A stretch of DNA of 63,393 nucleotides, filler included, from Syncephalis fuscata S228 (lineage: Eukaryota; Fungi; Zoopagomycota), in the NCBI GenBank assembly GCA_025786725.1. It is 5 parts of 5 records of this genome, joined end to end, with 100 filler letters (N's around TTAATTAATTAA, not from the genome) between each part and the next. Parts side by side here need not be neighbours in the genome. Positions count along the whole stretch, not along the records: positions 15,890 to 31,489 come from JAHLTZ010000212.1; positions 31,590 to 56,109 come from JAHLTZ010000129.1; 3 more parts are not named here. The stretch is one strand, 5' to 3'. Position 1 is the stretch's first letter, and each line of letters opens with the position of its first letter. Made by a program: the position numbers and the translations under genes. The notes beneath the pieces are model-generated. The model worked only from the letters and a program-made list of their open reading frames with translations, was not told the origin of the DNA and did not search any database. Positions 27,910 through 38,327 of the stretch are shown piece after piece.

Positions 27910-28760
27910 AATTTAAAAGTTGTCTGTTATAATGAATTGTCAATAACTATAGGCTAGAAAGGAAGAAAGGAATGAGCGTAAAAACTCTTTCCTACACCAC
28001 ACTGAATAAGTTGGTCAGTAAATGTTATTCACTGTCACGTTAAATATGCGTCAAAATGACAAATACAGCATAAATGTTAATAGAAATGAGCGCGTTTTTA
28101 TTATTATTAATAAAAATGTAATCAAATAAATTCGTGTTGGGAACGAGCAGCGGAGTCACAATAATAAAAGCATATAAATGATTTAAAATATAATAATCAT
28201 TAGCTATTTTACTATTTATTAGATATATAATTCATAATTATGTTAATGGGCAATTAAAGGATACTAGTGACATTTTAAAAGTGAGCAGCATAGGTTAACA
28301 GTTTGACTTATGAAAAGAACAAGTAAAATAACAAAAGCCGAATAAGTGGATTATTAATACATGTTATAGTTTAGCCTTTTATTACTATACCACAAATGCA
28401 CTTTAATAAACAGCAATTTAGAAAACATTATAAAATATATTAAAACAGCTTGTATATCAATATGAATGACGTTTAGAATAGGCACAAAACAAGTACTTAA
28501 TGTTATTTGCTATAAACATGTAGTAGTGACTTGGCGCCAATAAAATACTAAAATCAAGAAATGCAATAGGCACACTAATAAATGGGCAGCTTATTTATTG
28601 TTTATTAAATGTCATGGGATTTAATGATACGAAGTGGCATCTTTACAATTTATTTAATCCAAAAATAATACAGCGATTTTGATTAAAAAATTATATTTAT
28701 GCAATAAATTGCATACGATATAGTTTACTCAACCAAAAATACTTGTTGGCCGGCTTGTTA

Positions 28761-29619
28761 TTAGGTGAGCTTAGAAACAACAAAGCCGATAATCGTGTAT
28801 GAAAGAAGATTAAGACAATAGCTGATGCCTGTAAAATGCTGGGCTGAGTTGTTGGCTGCGTGTAGTGCTGATTCATTAGTTTTGTCGGAGAATGAGGTTG
28901 AAACTTGAGTGACATTAGGCCCTTCGCCTGAACGCCACCCTACATCAAACTCGACTACTAAGGGCTCAGTTGCGTTGGAGCGATTGCCCGCAATAATGCA
29001 CCACTGTGCAAGTTTCAAGGGAGTTACACCTGTCTTTAACGCTGAATCATAGGCACATTTTTTTATATTGCGCTCAGTGCAGCTTAAGGGTGTCCAGGTG
29101 TCGATGAAAGTGCCTGTCATCAACATACCGGGCTTAGTAGCAAATTGATCGTATGCAGCTTTACTAACTAGCAAAACATTCTGCATTGTGTCTGATTTTG
29201 ATTTGACAATATAACGTAAATTGTCGGTTAGTCCATCGGAGCAAACACCGCGCCAGGATGCTTTCTCAATAGACAGTTTCGTTTTGATTGGTGGTGATCC
29301 CACAGACGTTAATGGCTCGACTGGCGCAGCCGGTGGCGATCCCATGGACATTAATGGGGTCGCCGGTGGAAGTGGAGGAGATCTTATAGGTGTTAGTGGC
29401 GCAACTGGCAACATTGATGTCACTGGTGCTGTGATTGGCGGTGATGTGTTTTGTGCTACCTGCGCACTAGTTACACCAATCTGGGTGATCAAACAGACTT
29501 GATTTAGCAAAAGCGCCATAACATTGTATTTTGAATAGAATATTGCTATTCGCACTTACCATCGATAGACATGCCAAAATAGTAGCCGCCTGAATGGCAA
29601 CACTAGCAAATAAGTTCAT
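28761..29619 (-). CDS. Secreted, putatively GPI-anchored Pro-rich surface protein, 2 exons
   Basis: ATG at 29619 gives MNLFASVAIQAATILACLSM. An intron at 29559-29481 (GTAAGT..CAG) joins it to IGVTSAQ, completing a signal peptide. A Pro-rich linker, a Cys-containing domain and a hydrophobic C-terminal tail follow. Confidence 0.7.
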
Positions 29620-30691
29620 ACTTTTCGTAGTTATTTCTGTACTTTGTACTAAAACATCAACTGAGTACTAGGTCTGAAGTTGTTCTTTCAACAACGTAAC
29701 GCCGCTACAAGTGATGAGTATTGAACAGCAGTTGTTGTTAATAACGGTAGCCAGCCCGTTATTCGTGGGGAAGAGTCTAGTGTGAAAGTACAGCAATAGT
29801 GAAAATGGACGCAAACAACACGTCAGTAAGTCCAAATACTGTCAGTGGTAGAGACGTAAAACAAGACAATTGGCAGGAAATGGAGAAATGGAGTTTTCGA
29901 CGTGGCCAGCGCTTATTTCAATGATTTTTACCTGTTGTATGACTATTGGTTTTGAAGGTTGCTACAAAGTCGGAGTCCATTGATGGAGTGCGAATTTATA
30001 TGAAACAGCCTTTCTCCCTAAGTGCGGGTGAGAAAAGGGCGACATGAAATATGCACAAAAACTACCAAGAAAGTCGAGTTCTACTAGGTGTATTTCTATA
30101 TGCTTGACTGTGAGTGGTCAAGCGTTATGCTTGAATATGTACTACTGTGTATTTGCCACGCATAATCATGTACAAGCATTTCTAAGTATAGAGCAGACTG
30201 CAAAAGTACCACGAATTATCTTTGTTGGTCATTGTGTCAATTTACGCTGAATATGGACAGCCTGTTTTATAGTATCGCTCGGACACTGGTTCTAAATAGA
30301 AACACGAAAGATGAGTCCTTCAATGAGCAACACGTGTAATAATGCCAGTAATAAAATATTATAGCTTTGTGCTATCAGATTAAATGTCGTATTACAACGT
30401 GATACTTAAAAAAGTTTTAATCCACCTCTTCTATCTTTTTTACGTTTTATCTTTTACGTTCCGCTTATTCGCTGTTCTATATCCGCTGCATTGTGGCATA
30501 ATAGGATAAGCTTACACTCTTTTGAACATAACGAATTTTCACTACCGACGTAACGATATTAATTCCCATTGATTTTATGAGTAAAATATTTTGTTGCTAT
30601 CATTAACTACGTACTGACGTGTTTGATGCAATATAATATCACGAATTATTTTTTTAAACATTTTAAAAATCACAAACGCAGCAAATTCATT

Positions 30692-31489
30692 ATGCCATCT
30701 TCCAATAATGATGAGATAAATATAGCTTGGTCAGATGTTGGCATTTCTGCATCGTTTATTGTCGTTAACATTATCGTATCTCTTTGTTTTCGCCTGGGCC
30801 TGGAACGGTCGTTGATTGTCTCCTCCATTCGTTGTACTGGCCAGTTGGCAGTCATGGGCCTAGTGTTGCGCCATGTACTTACCTCGGAAGAAGTTGGCTG
30901 GATTCTTAGTCTAGCCGTGCTTCTTACTGTCCTAGGTGCATGGAGACCGTCTATCATCAATGCAAGATCCGGCATCGTGGTATGTTTTGGACAGTGCTGC
31001 TTGCAACAGCCGGTTCGACCATTATTATTGGTTTATTAGGCTGTGCCTACTTCACTTCAAACCAGTATGGACAGCGCGTCTTTTTATTCCAACTATCGGC
31101 ATGTTGCTTGGTAATTCCATTTCTGGTATTGCACTTGGCTTGCGAACCTGTTTAAACGAGGTCCATGCACACCGCGATCATATCGAACAGCAGTTATCGT
31201 TTGGTGCAACACGTTGGGAAGCATCGCGTAATATTCTTCGATCATCTGTCCGCATGGGTATGCTACCTACCGTGAACTCTATGAGCGTCATGGGTATTAT
31301 ATCGATTCCTGGTGTTATGTCGGGTCAGATTCTTGGTGGTGTTCCGGTAGATCAAGCTGTTCGCTACCAGATATGTATTATGTTTATGATAGCTGCCTCG
31401 ACGACCTTAGGTATTGTTACTGCAGCACTGGCATGTGTCCACACCTGTGTCGATCATCGACATCGTACGCGGCCAGAGCGTTATCATTA
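30692..31489 (+). CDS. UPF0014 (FetB/STAR2/ALS3-like) membrane permease; two apparent frameshifts, truncated by the gap
   Basis: LGLERSLIVSSIRCTGQL, FIPTIGMLLGNSISG, LSFGATRWEA, MSVMGIISIPGVMSGQILGG..AVRYQICIMFMI. Confidence 0.88.
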
Positions 31490-31589
31490 NNNNNNNNNNN
31501 NNNNNNNNNNNNNNNNNNNNNNNNNNNNNNNNNTTAATTAATTAANNNNNNNNNNNNNNNNNNNNNNNNNNNNNNNNNNNNNNNNNNNN

Positions 31590-34071
31590 AATCCAACAAA
31601 AATCGACCAAATATACGGCTAAAAAAGTTAACTAAAAGTTAACTAAAGTTAAGTAAAAAGTTAAGTAATATTTGACTAAAATGTAAGGGTATCCCTTGCT
31701 ATTTTGTTAATAAATATAGACTAAAAGTTAATTAAAAGTTAAGTAATTTAGTTAATTAACTAATGGTAATGATAACCGTTTAACAACTTAGTTAACTTGT
31801 TAATTACTTAACTAATTACTTAACTTTAGTTAACTTTTAGTCTATATTTATTAACAAAATAGCAAGGATACCCTTACATTTCTAGTCAAATATTACTTAA
31901 CTTTTACTTAACTTTAGTTAACTTTTAGTTAACTTTTTTAGCCGTATATTTGGTCGATTTTTGTTGGATTTTTGTTGGATTTTTTGGGAAAAACGGCCCA
32001 ACTCCCCGTATTTTTAATTCCACGGATACTTGACCTAAAAATACACGGTGCCACTTGTTCGAACCGCAAGAAGCAGGCGCGTCGATCCTAATATGCTAAA
32101 AAATCGCCAAAAATCGTGGGAATGCGTGAAAAATACGCGGAGTTGGACCTCCATACAAAAAACGGCACTTTTTGCATGTTTTGATTTTTAATTCATTGGA
32201 TAAATTTTTGGCGATTTTTTCAATATATAGATCGACGCACATATTATTGCGGTCGAACGAGTGGTCCTGTGTATTTTTAGAGCAATATCCGTAGAATTAA
32301 AAATACGGGAGTTTGATGACTAGTTTATAGGGGATATTTCACGAATCTGAAATATCCCCTATAACAGCAACTAAACTTCGCGTATTTTTAACTCTACGGA
32401 TACTTGCTCTAAAAATACACAGGACCACTCGTTCGGACCGCAATGATATGATGCGTCGATCTATATATTCAAAAAATCGCCAAAAATTTATCCAACGAAT
32501 TAAAAATCAAAACATGCAAAAAGTGCCGTTTTTGTATGGAGGTCCAACTCCGCGTATTTTTCACGCATTCCCACGATTTTTGGCGATTTTTTAGCATATC
32601 AGGATCGACGCGCCTGCTTCTTGCGGTTCGAACAAGTGGCACCGTGTATTTTTAGGTCAAGTATCCGTGGAATTAAAAATACGGGGAGTTGGGCCGTTTT
32701 TCCCAAAAAATCCAACAAAAATCCAACAAAAATCGACCAAATATACGGCTAAAAAAGTTAATAAAAGTTAACTAAAGTTAAGTAAAAAGTTAAGTAATAT
32801 TTGACTAGAAATGTAAGGGTATCCTTGCATTTTGTTAATAAAAATAGACAAAGTTAACTAAAAGTTAAGTAATTAGTTAAGTAATTAACAAGTTAACTAA
32901 GTTGTTAAACGGTTATCATTACCATTAGTTAATTAACTAACTAATTACTTAACTTTTAATTAACTTTTAGTCTATATTTATTAACAAAATAGCAAGGGAT
33001 ACCCTTACATTTCTAGTCAAATATTACTTAACTTTTTACTTAACTTTAGTTAACTTTTAGTTAACTTTTTTAGCCGTATATTTGGTCGATTTTTGTTGGA
33101 TTTTTGTCGGATTTTTTGGGAAAAACGGCCCAACTCCCCGTATTTTTAATTCCACGGATACTTGTCCTAAAAATACACGGTGCCACTTGTTCGAACCGCA
33201 AGAAGCAGGCGCGTCGATCCTATATGCTAAAAAATCGCCAAAAATCGTGGGAATGCGTGAAAAATACGCGGAGTTGGACCTCCATACAAAAACGGCACTT
33301 TTTGCATGTTTTGATTTTTAATTCATTGGATAAATTTTTGGCGATTTTTTCAATATATAGATCGACGCACATATTATTGCGGTCGAACGAGTGGTCCTGT
33401 GTATTTTTAGAGCAAGTATCCGTAGAGTTAAAAATACGTGAAGTTTGATGACTAGTTTATAGTGGCATATTTCACGAAATCCTAAGATATCCCCTATAAC
33501 CAGCAAACTAGAACTTCCGTATTTTTAATTCTACGGATATTGCTCTAAAAATACACAGGACCACTCGTTCGACCGCAATAATATGTGCGTCGATCTATAT
33601 ATTGAAAAAATCGCCAAAAATTTATCCAATGAATTAAAAATCAAAACATGCAAAAAGTGCCGTTTTTTGTATGGAGGTCCAACTCCGCGTATTTTTCACG
33701 CATTCCCACGATTTTTGGCGATTTTTAGCATATCAGGATCGACGCGCCTGCTTCTTGCGGTTCGAACAAGTGGCACCGTGTATTTTTAGGACAAGTATCC
33801 GTGGAATTAAAAATACGGGGAGTTGGGCCGTTTTTCCCAAAAAAATCCGACAAAAATCCAACAAAAATCGACCAAATATACGGCTAAAAAAGTTAATAAA
33901 AGTTAACTAAAGTTAAGTAAAAAGTTAAGTAATATTTGACTAGAAATGTAAGGGTATCCCTTGCTATTTTGTTAATAAAATATAGACTAAAAGTAATTAA
34001 AAGTTAAGTAATTAGTTAAGTAATTAACAAGTTAACTAAGTTGTTAAACGGTTATCATTACATTAGTTAAT
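31590..34071. repeat. Palindromic satellite, left array: ~565-bp arms alternating head-to-head and tail-to-tail
   Basis: AATCGACCAAATATACGGCT occurs at 31601, 32731 and 33866 (period 1130-1135) with reverse-complement copies between them. Symmetry axes lie near 31780, 32345, 32905, 33478 and 34045. Confidence 0.95.
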
Positions 34072-34200
34072 TGCGGCTATTTAAAAATTTTAAATAGCGC
34101 TTTATTGTCGGGACAAAACAACTATAAAGGAAGCCGAGGAATCCAATTCATCGGATTCCACTACTTTTCTCCTTTATTTTAAGTTGCTTCGTCCCTCCAC
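34072..34200 (+). repeat. Terminal direct repeat A1
   Basis: Identical by eye to 38199-38327. Contains the palindrome GCTATTTAAAA-A-TTTTAAATAGC and the hairpin GGAATCC..GGATTCC. Confidence 0.95.
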
Positions 34201-34292
34201 AAAGCACTCAAAATAAAGCGTTCATATTTGATTAAGCAAAGTCAAAGGTTTTTATTCTTGTTATTTACAAATAAGATATACTATCTTTAAAC

Positions 34293-35321
34293 ATGTCTGA
34301 AGATCAGAGCCAGAGTGGTTCAGAGGAACCTGAGTCATCAGTGGTACGCCTGCACGAGGAGGATTTGGCTGCCATTGTTACCCAGCTTGCCCAAGCCATG
34401 AAGATCGGATCGAACCGCCCCGTTGAAGACCATGATCAGACTGACACGCCTGGTCATCTGTTGGAAGAGCCGAGGGCAGGTGCAAATCAACTGGTCGAAG
34501 CATCCGGCCATAACGCCACTGCTCGGCAGGACGTGAATCGCATGCGACATATCATCGCCACCAAACGACTTGGTACGGGTCGTTCGACGCAAAACGACGG
34601 GGACCCTAGGGAACCAGACGAGGAATCGGAAGGAGAGGATCCGCGGGTCCGGGTGGCGCGAACGGATGTTGAATACACGGATTTGCCGGAAGAGTTGGAT
34701 CCCAATTCACCTGATTTCGTGGAGTTATTGCTTAGAGGAACCCGTTTTAACGAATCGCCTTCTGAATTTGCCCAAACGGAAGATTTATTCATGCCGTTCG
34801 TGGGTTTTATTCCCATCGTTAATTACATGGATCCTAAACCACAAAATCTCAACACTATTCAAGACGACGTCTTCAACAAGCTTACCGGTGAAGGGCAAAG
34901 GGAAGGACGTGCTGTGTTATCCATGGTGCTTTACCTGGTAAAGACTATCCAAGCCTTGTCATTGTGGAATGTGGACATGCGTGAGGGTACATCCGCGTAT
35001 ACGGTGTTAGCCTGCGTGTTGCAAGTATTGGAACGGACTATATTAACTCGTTATTCAATGGTCCGGGCCAGGTCTGAATTGAGTGATGAGGCCATCCGCC
35101 AGGTGGAATCGCGTATGGATACGGTTGGCATGACCCGATACACCAGCAACATCCAATCCGAGATTTTGCGGGCCAAACGGAAGACAGAGACAGCGCAAAC
35201 TTTCAAAAGTTTAAGTCATTCCACCACCAAGCTTGGTAAAGGCACGACGGCCACCGACCCCAAGAAATCCGCCCCGCCACAGCGCGGTGGTGGTCCGGCG
35301 GGCGGGGCCGGAAATGCCTGA
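34293..35321 (+). CDS. ORF1, gag-like protein of the YR retrotransposon
   Basis: 342-aa intronless ORF directly upstream of pol. Called by position; helical C-terminal half and basic Gly-rich tail. Confidence 0.75.
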   Translation: MSEDQSQSGSEEPESSVVRLHEEDLAAIVTQLAQAMKIGSNRPVEDHDQTDTPGHLLEEPRAGANQLVEASGHNATARQDVNRMRHIIATKRLGTGRSTQNDGDPREPDEESEGEDPRVRVARTDVEYTDLPEELDPNSPDFVELLLRGTRFNESPSEFAQTEDLFMPFVGFIPIVNYMDPKPQNLNTIQDDVFNKLTGEGQREGRAVLSMVLYLVKTIQALSLWNVDMREGTSAYTVLACVLQVLERTILTRYSMVRARSELSDEAIRQVESRMDTVGMTRYTSNIQSEILRAKRKTETAQTFKSLSHSTTKLGKGTTATDPKKSAPPQRGGGPAGGAGNA

Positions 35322-37230
35322 ATCCTACCGGCCACCTCCGGTCGATCAGCCCCTGCATTTACGTGTAAGATCGGCCTGGAAAAGGTGGCATTCTATAGGG
35401 GCAAGTCGAAGAGTGATGAAGTGGATCCGGCATGGCGTAGCGGTACCATGGGGCGCGCAAGGGCCTCCTGCTCCGTTCCGCTATCGATCCTACCAGACCC
35501 GCGATCCTGCGGAGGTCCTGTTCTTACAGCAGGAAGTTCATCGATTATTGCAGGCCGGTGCCATAATCGAAATCCCGGCCAGCCAAGCCATTCACGTGTC
35601 GCCGTCGTTTATCATCCCTCGCAAGCCGCAGGGATACCGCCTAATAATCGACCTGCGACATCTAAACCAACACTGTTCAGAATCGCCGATGCGTTACGAA
35701 GACTTAAGAGTGCTCAAGTACTTGGCTCAACCGGAAGACCGCGCCATAGCCTTCGATCTGAAGGATGGTTATCTGGCGGTGGGCCTACGTCCCAATCAGC
35801 AAAAGTATTTTCAAACGGAAATACTAGGTCGGTATTACCAGTACCAATCCCTCCCGTTCGGGTGGAGTCTGTCCCCGTATTTCTTCGTCAAGACAATGCG
35901 GCCCATGGTGCAATATTTGCGCGAGCAAGGATTGCGTTGTCTGGCGTACCTAGACGACTTTCTGATTCTGCTCAATCACGTGCAAATGGCTCAGGAATGG
36001 CCGCTCAAGACGCAATTGCTGTTAAGAAGTTTAGGATTACAGCCACATCCGACGAAATGTGTGTGGGAGCCGACTCAGCTTACCTTGCTAGGAGTTTTAA
36101 AGATGTGCGCGAAGAAAGCCAGGATGGTGGTGGCGCGGGAGGTGGCGCAAGTGACGGGGGTGGTGATCGCGGCGAGGCATGCAATCCCGTATATAATGTT
36201 GCACCTAAGAGCATTATACAACGATCTGAAAAAGAGAGGGGATTGGCAAGCCCGGATCAAGGTCAGCAATGCAAGCGTCAGAGAGATGAGGCGAATTTTG
36301 AAAATCGTGAGCAATCAGCCTGCCGCGTCGATCATTCAGCGTCCGCCCGACTACGTTATTACTACGGATGCATCAGACGAGGGATGGGGGGCAACAATCG
36401 TGGACGGGCAAGGAGAAGAGAGATTGGCTTACGGACAGTGGGGGGCGGAAGAGAAAGAGTTGCACATAGTGCACAGAGAGGCGTTGGGATTGCTATACGC
36501 AGTAAAAAACTTCCAGACGATCATTCGTCAATCGGTGGTGCAGGCCATGATGGACGCCCAAGCTTCTCTCGGCGCGCTCAATGCTTTCGCCTCGTCCAGC
36601 GCTTCTTTGCACGCGATCGTTCGTCGGGTTTGGAATCTCTGTCAGCAAGAAGAAATACATTTGATGGGGCTAATCAAGTACTTACCCGGTCGATACAACG
36701 TGGCGGCGGATTTCCTGTCGCGAATCGTCCAAAAGTCCGATTGGCAACTACCGGCACCTATGTTCCAAGAGATAGAAGAAGCATTCGGCCCTCATACCAT
36801 AGATCGTTTCGCGGCGGGCTGGAACGCATTGCTACCGCGTTACAATTCACTCAACGCAGACGATGGGTGCGAGGGGGTAGATGCCCTGTCGGTTACGTGG
36901 CGGGGAGAAAACAATTTTATCAATCCCCCTTTCGGCCTTATGGGCGTAATCTTAACCAAGTTAATACGAGATCGCGCGCAAGCTACCGTCATCTTGCCTC
37001 GTTGGACCAGCCAGCCGTGGTGGCCTCTCGTGCAGTTGATAACAACCGCCGTGTTGCCAGTAGATTCCGTTCGGGTTTGGGCGAATGTAATGACAAGGTC
37101 GGACGTCATTCCAGAACCGGCGATCAATCCGAGTTGGAAGATCTTGGTGGCGCGCATGGACGGAGCTCGTATTTGCGCACGCAGCTATCACGCGCCTGGG
37201 CGGAGCAACTACAGTTGCCCGTCAATTTAG
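35314..37230 (+). CDS. ORF2: reverse transcriptase, RNase H and DNA N6-adenine methyltransferase domain
   Basis: RT motifs YRLIIDLR, DLKDGY, LPFGWSLSP and YLDD. RNase H motifs TTDAS..GWG, HIVHREA and YLPGRYNVAADFLSR. MT motifs IDRFA..N..LPRYNS, GVDAL...W, INPPF and PRWTSQPWWP. The ATG at 35314 overlaps the ORF1 stop. Confidence 0.95.
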   Translation: MPESYRPPPVDQPLHLRVRSAWKRWHSIGASRRVMKWIRHGVAVPWGAQGPPAPFRYRSYQTRDPAEVLFLQQEVHRLLQAGAIIEIPASQAIHVSPSFIIPRKPQGYRLIIDLRHLNQHCSESPMRYEDLRVLKYLAQPEDRAIAFDLKDGYLAVGLRPNQQKYFQTEILGRYYQYQSLPFGWSLSPYFFVKTMRPMVQYLREQGLRCLAYLDDFLILLNHVQMAQEWPLKTQLLLRSLGLQPHPTKCVWEPTQLTLLGVLKMCAKKARMVVAREVAQVTGVVIAARHAIPYIMLHLRALYNDLKKRGDWQARIKVSNASVREMRRILKIVSNQPAASIIQRPPDYVITTDASDEGWGATIVDGQGEERLAYGQWGAEEKELHIVHREALGLLYAVKNFQTIIRQSVVQAMMDAQASLGALNAFASSSASLHAIVRRVWNLCQQEEIHLMGLIKYLPGRYNVAADFLSRIVQKSDWQLPAPMFQEIEEAFGPHTIDRFAAGWNALLPRYNSLNADDGCEGVDALSVTWRGENNFINPPFGLMGVILTKLIRDRAQATVILPRWTSQPWWPLVQLITTAVLPVDSVRVWANVMTRSDVIPEPAINPSWKILVARMDGARICARSYHAPGRSNYSCPSI

Positions 37231-38198
37231 ATCCAGAACAACAACAGCGTTTGTTCCAATTACTCGACAAACAATATACGGAAGCGTCGTGGAATACTTA
37301 TAGCTCCCACGTTTCCAGTTACGCGCGTTTCTGTCGTGAGTATGGGCAACACCCTTTTCCACTAAAAATTGGTGCGATGGCCGTTTATATGGCCGCATCC
37401 AGTTTACGCGCGTTGGCACCTGCAACTATACAAGCACGGATGTCGGCGTTACGATCAATTAATAATCACCTCGGCTTCCCTGAAGTTGAATCAACACTAC
37501 TCACACAATTATCCAAAGGGTACGCAGCTTGGACTTTTGCTGAAAATCCAACCGTATCAAAAAGTAATTCATTTTTTCCTTCCTCCTGGTTGGCTCCTTA
37601 CGTATCGAATGATGGCTTGTTGACCGACGAGGTGGCATTACGCGACTTAAACATCATTCTGATAGGCGTGTTATGCGGCCTGCGTGCCTCTTCTCTACTC
37701 AAGATAGAAAAGACCGATTTACAAGTAACGAATACAATGCTTACCATCACAATTAACGGCGCGAAACGACATAAGCATGAGGCAGGACGTATTCTTGCAA
37801 TCGATTTAACACGCACAATAGTTGGACCACTCATCAGACGTTATTTGGAATCAACACAATTTATTAGTAGTAATACAGAAACAATATGGAGCCCGCCTTT
37901 TACTGAAAAGGCTATATTTCAGAGCCATTATACCGTCACGCAAGTATTACAACGGGTAATGAAGACTGCGGGTGCCCCAGCAGCGGTGGTTAAGACATTA
38001 ACATCGCATAGCGTACGACGCACGTTTGCGTCCGCCACCCACAGCATTGGTATCAGCAGCGCGAAGATAATGTATCAAGGCATATGGTCGAGTTTGACGT
38101 CAATGCAAAGGTACATACGAATGGAGTATGTAGCCCAACCTTTCGACTTTGCCCTGTTTGATTTCATGCAACAGTCTACTCCAGACATAAGGCAATAA
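35448..38198 (+). CDS. ORF3: tyrosine recombinase, with a long N-terminal part overlapping pol in another frame
   Basis: SAM-like region WNTYSSHVSSYARFC..LAPATIQARMSALRS and a full catalytic set GLRASS, K (GAKRHK), SHSVRR, QGIW, MQRY. First in-frame ATG at 35448; the true start may be later. Confidence 0.92.
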   Translation: MGRARASCSVPLSILPDPRSCGGPVLTAGSSSIIAGRCHNRNPGQPSHSRVAVVYHPSQAAGIPPNNRPATSKPTLFRIADALRRLKSAQVLGSTGRPRHSLRSEGWLSGGGPTSQSAKVFSNGNTRSVLPVPIPPVRVESVPVFLRQDNAAHGAIFARARIALSGVPRRLSDSAQSRANGSGMAAQDAIAVKKFRITATSDEMCVGADSAYLARSFKDVREESQDGGGAGGGASDGGGDRGEACNPVYNVAPKSIIQRSEKERGLASPDQGQQCKRQRDEANFENREQSACRVDHSASARLRYYYGCIRRGMGGNNRGRARRREIGLRTVGGGRERVAHSAQRGVGIAIRSKKLPDDHSSIGGAGHDGRPSFSRRAQCFRLVQRFFARDRSSGLESLSARRNTFDGANQVLTRSIQRGGGFPVANRPKVRLATTGTYVPRDRRSIRPSYHRSFRGGLERIATALQFTQRRRWVRGGRCPVGYVAGRKQFYQSPFRPYGRNLNQVNTRSRASYRHLASLDQPAVVASRAVDNNRRVASRFRSGLGECNDKVGRHSRTGDQSELEDLGGAHGRSSYLRTQLSRAWAEQLQLPVNLDPEQQQRLFQLLDKQYTEASWNTYSSHVSSYARFCREYGQHPFPLKIGAMAVYMAASSLRALAPATIQARMSALRSINNHLGFPEVESTLLTQLSKGYAAWTFAENPTVSKSNSFFPSSWLAPYVSNDGLLTDEVALRDLNIILIGVLCGLRASSLLKIEKTDLQVTNTMLTITINGAKRHKHEAGRILAIDLTRTIVGPLIRRYLESTQFISSNTETIWSPPFTEKAIFQSHYTVTQVLQRVMKTAGAPAAVVKTLTSHSVRRTFASATHSIGISSAKIMYQGIWSSLTSMQRYIRMEYVAQPFDFALFDFMQQSTPDIRQ

Positions 38199-38327
38199 TG
38201 CGGCTATTTAAAAATTTTAAATAGCGCTTTATTGTCGGGACAAAACAACTATAAAGGAAGCCGAGGAATCCAATTCATCGGATTCCACTACTTTTCTCCT
38301 TTATTTTAAGTTGCTTCGTCCCTCCAC
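38199..38327 (+). repeat. Direct repeat A2
   Basis: Starts immediately after the YR stop codon and matches 34072-34200. Confidence 0.95.

Noticed and set aside
31590-34071. CRISPR array or rDNA/telomere repeat
   Set aside because: No repeat-spacer structure, no rRNA similarity and no short G-rich telomeric unit.
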